A model generated the notes under the pieces. It saw only the letters and a list, made by a program, of their open reading frames with translations. It was not told where the DNA came from and ran no database searches. Shown piece by piece: positions 8,036 to 14,947 of a stretch of DNA of 20,000 nucleotides. Both the position numbers and the translations under genes were made by a program. This DNA comes from an uncultured virus (IMG/VR IMGVR_UViG_3300036860_000214) (taxonomy: Duplodnaviria > Heunggongvirae > Uroviricota > Caudoviricetes), in the IMG/VR virus record IMGVR_UViG_3300036860_000214, one strand, 5' to 3'. Numbering within the stretch: the first letter of the stretch is position 1; each line of letters begins with the position of its first letter.

Positions 8036-9039
8036 CCTGCGACCTCCTCATAGGCGTCCCGCCAGAGCTTCCAGCCGCTCTGGATCGTCCAGCCGTGGGC
8101 GACCTCTCGGCCCTTGGCGCCAAGTTCCGTCCGGGCGGCCTCATCGTTGATGAGCTCCCGCAGCCGCGCCGCCCACTGCTCCGACGTCGAGACGAGGTAG
8201 CCGGTGACGCCGTCGACGACCAGGTCGCGGTAGGCGGGGCAGTCCGACGCGATCACCGGCACCCCCAGCGCCATGTACTCCAGCGCCCGGATATGGGACT
8301 TCGAGGCGTTGAACGGGGTGTCGGCCAGCGGCGCCAGGCCGATGTCGAAGTCGTTGGCCTTGAAGTACCCCCACACATCCGGCTTCCACGGCGTGAACCG
8401 GGTCGGGCGGTCCAGCTTCAGCACCGGGGAGTAGTCGATCCCCAGGAAGTGCACATCCACATCCGGGTGCGCGTGCAGGACCTCGCGGACAGGGTCGGCG
8501 ATCTCGGTCCAGTCGCGCAGGTGCGACATGCCACCCGACCAGCCGACCGTCAGCCGCTCCCGGCGGGGCCGGGTCACATACAGCGCGTCGGCGTCGAAGT
8601 GGTTGGGGAGGACCACCACGTTGGGGTTGAGCTTGCGCATCTGGGTGGCCAGCGGCTCGGTCGATACCGTTACCAGGTCCGAGATGCGGATGCAGGTCTT
8701 GAACGACTCCCGGACCAGCGGCTCGAACCAGTGGTGCAGCCCCGACCACGTGTCGGGCTGGAGCACGTCGTCGTCGATCTCGTAGACGAGCAGCACCTTG
8801 CCCTTCCACCGCTGCCACAGCGCCATGCCGTCGGGGCCGCAGAACCGCTGCCCGACGATCATGTCGATCTCTTCGACCTGCTCGTCGTCGGGGGTGAACT
8901 TCACCCCCGGCTCCGGCAGCAGGATGCGATGCTCGGTCCCGCGGGCGAGATGCTGGTAGGGCAGGTAGTACCGGTAGTAGCCGGACCCGTCGGCCTGGTG
9001 GGGGTAGCCGAGGATCGTGAGCTGGTCGGATTGGGTCAC
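8023..9039 (-). CDS. Glycosyltransferase family 4 (GT-B fold), 338 aa
   Basis: GSGYYRY, LVYEIDD, DLVTVST, VVLPN, DIGLAPLADTPFNASKS..ALEYMALGVPVIASD...DGVTGYLV. Confidence 0.92.
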   Translation of the reverse strand: MTQSDQLTILGYPHQADGSGYYRYYLPYQHLARGTEHRILLPEPGVKFTPDDEQVEEIDMIVGQRFCGPDGMALWQRWKGKVLLVYEIDDDVLQPDTWSGLHHWFEPLVRESFKTCIRISDLVTVSTEPLATQMRKLNPNVVVLPNHFDADALYVTRPRRERLTVGWSGGMSHLRDWTEIADPVREVLHAHPDVDVHFLGIDYSPVLKLDRPTRFTPWKPDVWGYFKANDFDIGLAPLADTPFNASKSHIRALEYMALGVPVIASDCPAYRDLVVDGVTGYLVSTSEQWAARLRELINDEAARTELGAKGREVAHGWTIQSGWKLWRDAYEEVAGWQG

Positions 9040-9326
9040 GAGGTCGCCCCGGGGTCGGCCTCGAAGGTGCGGCCCGGGTTGGCGGTCGCCAGCCGCACCG
9101 CCTCATCGATGGTGTCGACTCTGCGGACGACCTCGACGGTGGTCGTCCCGGCCATGACGAGCACGCGGGCGCCAAGCGGCTCAACTACCGACCGCACCGC
9201 ATCGGCGAGGTCCTCGGCATCGCGCCGCCGCGTATCGGCGGGGAGGCGGATGACGAGGACGTCCCCCGGTTCGAGGGTGTGGACGCTGGCGAGGAGCTGC
9301 TCGCGGGTGACTTCGGTTTCGGGCAT
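9036..9326 (-). CDS. Hypothetical protein (96 aa)
   Basis: GGGAG SD 5 nt before ATG 9326 (alternative start 9338); GTGA overlap with GT4; LEPGDVLVIRLP. Confidence 0.7.
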   Translation of the reverse strand: MPETEVTREQLLASVHTLEPGDVLVIRLPADTRRRDAEDLADAVRSVVEPLGARVLVMAGTTTVEVVRRVDTIDEAVRLATANPGRTFEADPGATS

Positions 9327-9332
9327 GCGGTC

Positions 9333-9377
9333 TCCCATGACACCGGAGGCGGGTCAGCATGGGATCTGACCCGCCTC
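9333..9377 (-). promoter_or_regulatory. 12-bp hairpin whose loop is complementary to the downstream RBS (H-type pseudoknot candidate)
   Basis: Perfect stem 9346-9357/9366-9377; loop UCCCAUG pairs with CAUGGGA at 9333-9339, which overlaps the GGGAG SD. Confidence 0.65.
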
Positions 9378-9402
9378 ACGGCGGCCTTGTTGAAGGGGGT
9401 GG

Positions 9403-9981
9403 TTACGCGCCGCGCGCTACATACCGCGCTGCGGCGGCGATGATCTCCGGGTCGTCCTTGAGCAGACCGATGGCCCGGTTGCAGTGCTCGCACAGCAGCC
9501 CACGAACCCGGCCGGTCACATGATCGTGGTCGACAGGCCAATGCCAGCTTGACCGGTTGGGTTTCCCAGCATGCTTGCCGCCAGGCTCGGTGGTCTTGCA
9601 GATGGCGCAACAGCGCCCCTGCGCCTCGAACAGCTCCGCATACTGCTCGGGCGTGAGGTCGTAGAGCTTCTTGAGCACGTGGCGGCGCTTGTAATCCGGC
9701 TTGTCCCAGATGGCCTCGCCGAACGGCATCCTCCGCCGTGCCGGTTCTCCCGGCGAGCCTGTCTTGAGGAGACGCGCCCGGTGCATTGGGCAGTAGGTCG
9801 CGTCATGCTCGCGGAGCTGGTCGCAGCCCAGCAGCTTGCAGCGGCGCTCGCCGGTCTCGTACTGGCGGATCGGTGCAGTCAGATCCAAGCCGTTCTCAGC
9901 CCGGTACTTATGCGTCGAGCAGAAGCCCTTGGCCTTGTACCGACGGTTACAGCCATCGGCGGAGCAGGTACGCTCGCTCAT
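9403..9981 (-). CDS. Endonuclease VII-family His-Me nuclease with N-terminal Cys/His repeats; probable free-standing homing endonuclease
   Basis: YDLTPEQYAELFEAQGRCCAIC...VDHDHVTGRVRGLLCEHCNRAIGLLKDD; two CxxxxC...CxxH units; SD spacing favours ATG 9981 over 9987. Confidence 0.9.
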   Translation of the reverse strand: MSERTCSADGCNRRYKAKGFCSTHKYRAENGLDLTAPIRQYETGERRCKLLGCDQLREHDATYCPMHRARLLKTGSPGEPARRRMPFGEAIWDKPDYKRRHVLKKLYDLTPEQYAELFEAQGRCCAICKTTEPGGKHAGKPNRSSWHWPVDHDHVTGRVRGLLCEHCNRAIGLLKDDPEIIAAAARYVARGA

Positions 9982-9990
9982 GGTCATTGC

Positions 9991-10045
9991 CCTCCTCGAC
10001 AGGGTGGTGGCCCGAGGCCGGGAGGGCTGTCACTCTCCCGGCCTC
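9991..10045 (-). promoter_or_regulatory. 11-bp hairpin whose loop pairs with the bases abutting the endonuclease SD
   Basis: Perfect stem 10014-10024/10035-10045; loop GACAG pairs with CUGUC (9998-10002) directly 5' of GAGGAGG (9991-9997). Confidence 0.5.
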
Positions 10046-10079
10046 ACCATCTTACTCCATCTTTTGGCGCCCCGCCTCC

Positions 10080-11474
10080 TTACTGGATGAGCAGCGCTTG
10101 CAGGGCGTTTGCCGTTGAGGCATCTGCGCCTACGCGCCAGAAGGCGAACCAGCCGGCTTCTGCAGTTGGCAAGTTAGCTGTGGCGGCGGCGGTCACCATC
10201 GGGTTATAGAGGACCCGCATCCCGATCCGGTCCACGATGATGTACTGCTCGAAGTCGCCGTACAGCAGGACCTTGGACGCCGACGCGGTGCCGGCCGACA
10301 GCGAGCTGGACTCGTAGACCGGCTGGCCGAGGAGCTGCTCGGGGGTGCCCTGGCCGAGGTTGGCCCAGAACGAGCTGCCCCCGGCGGTGTCGAACTGCCT
10401 TGTCTTGTTGATGTAGAAGAGGTTGGCGAGCCACGCCGCGCGGCGGCTGTTGCGGAACCGCGGCCCCAGGCGGCCCTGGAGGGTGTAGACGTCGCCGACG
10501 GCGTAGGCGGTCGCGGCGGCGGTGTTGCCGGTCGTCGCGGCCGTCATGGCGCCCTTGGGGATGTTGCCGGTGCCGACCCCGGTGGCGAACGCCGACTCCT
10601 CCAGGCGGTCCTTGGCGTCGGCGAACAGCCGCGGGAGCTGCAGGCCGAGGTCGGAGTCCTCCAGGGACTCGTAGGAGCCGAACACCCACGCCTGCGCGCG
10701 CTTGGGGGTGATCTGGATCTGCCCGACGCTCGGCGACTGGTCAGAGGCGGCGGTTGCCTCACCGACGAACGCGGCGTTGACGCCGGCGGAGGAGACGCCG
10801 TTCCAGGTGTTGGAGGTGGTCTGCTCGACCCGGGAGATCCGCCGGTAGGGGTTCATGCTGCCGGCATTGGTGAGGATGATGGTGGGGTCCAGCACGAACG
10901 GGAGCATGAACCCCAGGGAGCCGGTGCCGAGGGTGGTGGACCGCTGGCCCATCCCCTCGGGGTCCTGCAGGTAGGCGCGGAACTGCTCGTAGTACTCCTG
11001 CGATCCGGTGAGCAGGATGTGCTTGGCGACGCCGGGGACGGTGGTGGCGAGCTGGCTGGCGCGCTCGGCGTGCTCGTCGGGGAAGTCGACGAATCCGGCG
11101 CGGCTCACCCACTCGATCGCGTCGTGGGCGCGGGAGCGGATCTCCGAGGCGCGCATCCGCCCCGTCGGCCCGCTGGACCGCACCGACTCCATGTCGTCGA
11201 ACGGGTCGCGCTTGTTGCGGTAGACCTGCTCGGGTGCCTGCCGGTCGGAGCCGGGCTCGGTGGCGTCGTCGTCCTTGGCGGCGGCGGCGATCAGGTTGAG
11301 CTTCTCGGCGCGGGTCGCCAGCGGGACGCGCCGCTCCTCCAGCCGGTCATACTCGTCGACGAGGGTGTCGACGTAGTCGCCGGAGTGCTCCTCGACCTCG
11401 GCGGGGTTGTCCTCGATCTTCTTCAGTTCGGCGCGGATCGCCTCCTGCCGATCGAGGATCTCTCTGAGATTCAC
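10080..11474 (-). CDS. Major capsid protein, HK97 fold with N-terminal coiled-coil scaffold (delta-like) domain, 464 aa
   Basis: GTG 11474 with AAGGAGG SD; GFMLPFVLDPTIILT, AAFVGEA, FATGVGTGNIPKG, LLGQPVYESS, LLYGDFEQYIIVDRIG; follows the protease. Confidence 0.95.
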   Translation of the reverse strand: MNLREILDRQEAIRAELKKIEDNPAEVEEHSGDYVDTLVDEYDRLEERRVPLATRAEKLNLIAAAAKDDDATEPGSDRQAPEQVYRNKRDPFDDMESVRSSGPTGRMRASEIRSRAHDAIEWVSRAGFVDFPDEHAERASQLATTVPGVAKHILLTGSQEYYEQFRAYLQDPEGMGQRSTTLGTGSLGFMLPFVLDPTIILTNAGSMNPYRRISRVEQTTSNTWNGVSSAGVNAAFVGEATAASDQSPSVGQIQITPKRAQAWVFGSYESLEDSDLGLQLPRLFADAKDRLEESAFATGVGTGNIPKGAMTAATTGNTAAATAYAVGDVYTLQGRLGPRFRNSRRAAWLANLFYINKTRQFDTAGGSSFWANLGQGTPEQLLGQPVYESSSLSAGTASASKVLLYGDFEQYIIVDRIGMRVLYNPMVTAAATANLPTAEAGWFAFWRVGADASTANALQALLIQ

Positions 11475-11707
11475 TTCGAGCCTCCTTGCCCGGCCGGACC
11501 GTCGTGGCCCGGCCGGAGCGCTTTCGTGACCCGCATCTGCCGAAGCCGCCGCAGCAGCTTCCGTCTGGCCTCCAGCCGTTCGTACTCGTCCAGGAGCTCG
11601 TCGGCGAGGTCGCCGCGTGGCCCGTCGGTGACGGGTCCGTCGGCGGCGAGCCCGCGCAGCTCGGCGCGGATCGCCTCCTGCCGATCTGCGATCTCCCGGG
11701 GGTTCAT
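11471..11707 (-). CDS. 78-aa paralogue of the capsid N-terminus
   Basis: MNPREIADRQEAIRAEL...DEYERLEARR versus capsid VNLREILDRQEAIRAEL...DEYDRLEERR; 4-nt overlaps on both sides. Confidence 0.75.
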   Translation of the reverse strand: MNPREIADRQEAIRAELRGLAADGPVTDGPRGDLADELLDEYERLEARRKLLRRLRQMRVTKALRPGHDGPAGQGGSK

Positions 11708-13155
11708 CCGGGCTGGTCGCCCGAGGCGCTGCCACGGCGGGTCGCCAGCGCCTCGGCGGCGCGGGTGACGACCGGTGGCGGCAGCAGACCGGGACGGTCG
11801 GCCTTGAGCGCGCGGATGCGCGTCACAAGCTGGTCATGCCGGCTCGAGTGCTCCTCCTCCTCAGAGGGGGGCGAGTCGTCGGCGACGAGTCCCGAATCGT
11901 CGGGAGCGTCGGGGGATGGCTGGTCGTCCGACGAGTCCGCGTCCTGCGGAGCGTCGGGGGGAGCGTCATCCCGGAGCAGGGTGGCGAGTTGCGCACGCTC
12001 GCCGGGGGCCAGGCTGGAGAGCAGCTGCGCGGCCAGGCCAGCGCGCATCCCGACCACTGCCGCCTCGGCGTAGGCGGGGAACGGGGTCGGGCCGTACTCC
12101 CGCAGCGTCGATTCCATCCGCCGGACCGTGACCAGCTCCCCGCCCGGGCCGGGACGGAACCCGCCGCGGGGTATCCGGGTGATGGGGCGGCCGGTGTGGT
12201 CGGTCGCCGACGACCGCAGGTACATGCCCTGGAAGCTGTAGCCATCGATGGCGCCCTCGCGGATCAGCTCAAGGACCTCGTCGGCCAGCGCGGTGCGGTG
12301 GTAGCGGGTCAGCGTCCACAGCCCGCGGGCATCGGCCTTGACCTCCATCGGCGACCCGATCGGGACCGACCCCCGCTCCGAGGGGGTCCGGTAGATCGTC
12401 ATGCCGTGGTTGTAGAAGACCCCGACGCGCCAGCCGGTGCGGCCGCCCGCAGGGGCGGCATCGCTGATGGCGCGGTTGAACATGACGCGGTCGTTGACCT
12501 CGAGGTAGTGGCCGTCCTGGTCGTGGATCTCGGCGGGGGTATCGAACACCGCCGCGTAGGCCTCCACGGTGCGGCCGTCACCGCCGGCGCGGATGCGGAT
12601 GTCCTCCAGCGGGAACGAGCGGACATAGGGGTGCAGGCCGTCGAGCAGCTGGTCGGTGCGGCTGCCCGTCGCGCTCATCCCTGCTGCGGTCATGAGGCCC
12701 TCCGGGGGGTCTTCGTTGAGGTCGTTGCGGTAGAGGCTGACGAGCTTGCGGGCGGCGGCGCGCTTCTTGTCCGGGGAGACACCCGTCACCGCCCCGACAC
12801 CGTGGCCGCCGCCGGCGGCATGCACCGCGTTGCGGTTCAGCGCGCCGCTGGGTTCGCGGACGGGGAGCTTGTAGCGCTGCTTGCCCGCGCCTTCGCCGGT
12901 GTCGATCAGGCACGCGCGGGCCCACTGCTCGTCGGTGTAGTCCGCTTGGGTGAAGTCCGACCAGGGCCGGTTGGACACGGCCACGGCTGCCCTCCTGGAT
13001 GCTTGCGGCTCGGCCGCGTACAGGGCGGCCATCTGGCGTTCTGCGGCCTCACGGGTGGCGTGGCAGCGGCCGTCCACCGACCCGTCGGCGTCCTTGATGA
13101 CCCCGAACGGCTTGGACGCCGGACACTGGGATGTCTCATCGACGTGGTAGGGCAT
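11704..13155 (-). CDS. HK97-type prohead protease with two extra N-terminal domains and an acidic tail, 483 aa
   Basis: TVEAYAAVFD, VFYNHG, PIG, DARGL, LIREGAIDGYSF, LREYGPTPFPAYAEAAV; between portal and capsid. Confidence 0.92.
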   Translation of the reverse strand: MPYHVDETSQCPASKPFGVIKDADGSVDGRCHATREAAERQMAALYAAEPQASRRAAVAVSNRPWSDFTQADYTDEQWARACLIDTGEGAGKQRYKLPVREPSGALNRNAVHAAGGGHGVGAVTGVSPDKKRAAARKLVSLYRNDLNEDPPEGLMTAAGMSATGSRTDQLLDGLHPYVRSFPLEDIRIRAGGDGRTVEAYAAVFDTPAEIHDQDGHYLEVNDRVMFNRAISDAAPAGGRTGWRVGVFYNHGMTIYRTPSERGSVPIGSPMEVKADARGLWTLTRYHRTALADEVLELIREGAIDGYSFQGMYLRSSATDHTGRPITRIPRGGFRPGPGGELVTVRRMESTLREYGPTPFPAYAEAAVVGMRAGLAAQLLSSLAPGERAQLATLLRDDAPPDAPQDADSSDDQPSPDAPDDSGLVADDSPPSEEEEHSSRHDQLVTRIRALKADRPGLLPPPVVTRAAEALATRRGSASGDQPG

Positions 13156-13158
13156 CGC

Positions 13159-14670
13159 TCAGCCCACCCCGGCCGGGACCGGGGGCTTGCCGTTGCTCGC
13201 GGCGATGGCGCGGAGCCCACCGGGGCTCAGGTTGGCGCCGGCCTGGTTCAGCAGCGCCCTGGCTTCCTCAGCCGACAGCACCACGCCGACCCCGAGGTAG
13301 ACCTTCTGGACCATCTCGACGAGGTTGCGGGCCTGCTCGGCGGGGGTCGCCGGGGTCTGTCCGTCGCCCTCACCCGGCCGGATGAGCTGCACGCTGGTCA
13401 ATCCGGTGTGCCGCAGCAGGGTCTCGTCCTCGGTGTTAGCGGCCTCCACCGCCGACGCGGGCTCGAACCCGGCCTCCACGTACTGGCGGATCGTCTGGGC
13501 CTTGACGAACTGGACCTGGGCGCGGTCGGCGGCGTCCTCGCGGAGGAACGCGATCTGGCTCTCGTCGAACCACAGCCTGGCGCCCCGGTTGGGTGGCGGC
13601 ACGATCGCCTGAAGCGACCCGCAGACGTTGCGCCACAGCGGCCGTAGGGTCGTGTCGGCGGTGACCCGCCGGGCAGCGCCGAAGTTCCCCGCGTTCAGCG
13701 AGCTGCCCTGGAGGCCCTCCGACAGCCCAGCGATCACGGGATGGATGCCGGCGGCGGCGGCGATCCTCGTCTCGCCCTTGCCCTGGGTGTTGGAGAAGTC
13801 CAGTTGGGCGAGGTCCTTGCCGGCCACCGTCACATCCGCGCCGCCGCCGAGGTAGAGGGTGCGGTAGGCGTTGCGCCACCCGACGTTCTCCCGGTCCATC
13901 TTGGACACGAACTTCTCGAACGCCTCCTGTGACACCGAGGCGTCAAATGACACGACGAGCTGGGGGGTGGCGCCGTTGCGGAAGAACCCGAGCTTGTGTT
14001 CGGTGGTGGCCTGGTCGCCCTCGATCTCCCGGATCACCGGCGTCAACCACGACATCCCCCGGAACCGTGCCATGGGGTCGGGCTTGGGCGCGAAGTGGGC
14101 GAACTCCGACCGCGTCAGCGCCTCCGGCTCGGTCGAGCCATCCTTGGGGTCGTAGATGAGGCCGATCAGGTTGGCGTCGAGCTGGCTGGCGCTCTGCACC
14201 GGCCGGCCGTTGCGGTCCCCCATGACCAGCGTCACCCAGTCGGGACGCAGCAGACGAATCTGGTCGGAGTCGTCGGCGGTGCGGGCCGGGTAGGCGTTGC
14301 CACCCAGGTCGGCGTGCAGTAGCGCCTTAGCGAGCAGGTCCCCGGTCGTGGCATGCGGCCACGGCTGTTCGAGGATGTCCAGGTCGGGGGTGGAGAACAG
14401 GCGGCCCGGCTTGCCGGCGTTGAACGCCTGCCAGATGAACCACGCCTCCGAGAAGATGTCGACGCGCTTGGACTCCACCGCGAACACCACCGCGTTGGCC
14501 TTCAGCGCCCCCTCGACCAGACCCGCGAAGTTGGCCTCGATGCCCTCCTGGTCGACCTGCCCCGAGGTGCCGACCGCGAAGTAGCCGCCCATGCCGAGCT
14601 GGAACGGGTCGGGGTCGGTCGGGAACGGCCAGGAGAACCCGCGGCGGGCGTGCTGCAGCAGGTTCGTCAC
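13159..14670 (-). CDS. Portal protein (HK97/lambda-like), 503 aa
   Basis: LDILEQPWP, DLGGNAY, LLRPDWV, RGMSWL, FFRNGATP, RIAAAAGIHP; between terL and protease. Confidence 0.92.
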   Translation of the reverse strand: MTNLLQHARRGFSWPFPTDPDPFQLGMGGYFAVGTSGQVDQEGIEANFAGLVEGALKANAVVFAVESKRVDIFSEAWFIWQAFNAGKPGRLFSTPDLDILEQPWPHATTGDLLAKALLHADLGGNAYPARTADDSDQIRLLRPDWVTLVMGDRNGRPVQSASQLDANLIGLIYDPKDGSTEPEALTRSEFAHFAPKPDPMARFRGMSWLTPVIREIEGDQATTEHKLGFFRNGATPQLVVSFDASVSQEAFEKFVSKMDRENVGWRNAYRTLYLGGGADVTVAGKDLAQLDFSNTQGKGETRIAAAAGIHPVIAGLSEGLQGSSLNAGNFGAARRVTADTTLRPLWRNVCGSLQAIVPPPNRGARLWFDESQIAFLREDAADRAQVQFVKAQTIRQYVEAGFEPASAVEAANTEDETLLRHTGLTSVQLIRPGEGDGQTPATPAEQARNLVEMVQKVYLGVGVVLSAEEARALLNQAGANLSPGGLRAIAASNGKPPVPAGVG

Positions 14671-14936
14671 GGGCTACCGTCCACCGGATACAGCAACAGG
14701 AATGACACCGCCATGACGAGACCGCCGAGCATCAGCGCCCAGCCGAGGCCGAACTGCACCCCGACACCCCACGCGGCCACCGCGACGCCGCCCGAATAGC
14801 CGACGCGGGCGCGCACCAGATGGGACGCCCGGCGGGCGCGGTCCCACAGCCGCCGGCCCACACGCGCGGGGCGTTCCAGCATGGCTCGGGGGTCCAGCAA
14901 CAGCGGACGGCGAAGCGGGAGCTGGCGCACTGCCAT
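14667..14936 (-). CDS. Small membrane protein between terL and portal (89 aa)
   Basis: AGGAGG SD before ATG 14936; two hydrophobic segments; GTGA overlap with portal. Confidence 0.75.
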   Translation of the reverse strand: MAVRQLPLRRPLLLDPRAMLERPARVGRRLWDRARRASHLVRARVGYSGGVAVAAWGVGVQFGLGWALMLGGLVMAVSFLLLYPVDGSP

Positions 14937-14947
14937 CGGTTCGCCTC

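Noticed and set aside
4601..9039. Host polysaccharide or antibiotic sugar cluster flanking a prophage
   Set aside because: The genes are interleaved and coupled with phage genes on both sides; no transport, polymerase or aglycone genes.
11475..11735. 87-aa N-terminal extension of the capsid ORF in the ORF track
   Set aside because: Arg-rich off-frame reading of the 78-aa gene; the strong SD supports GTG 11474.
41..13647. Long plus-strand ORFs (e.g. 41-1963, 588-1364, 5371-6642, 8095-9369, 11836-13647)
   Set aside because: Antisense shadows of high-GC3 minus-strand genes; no motifs or credible RBS.
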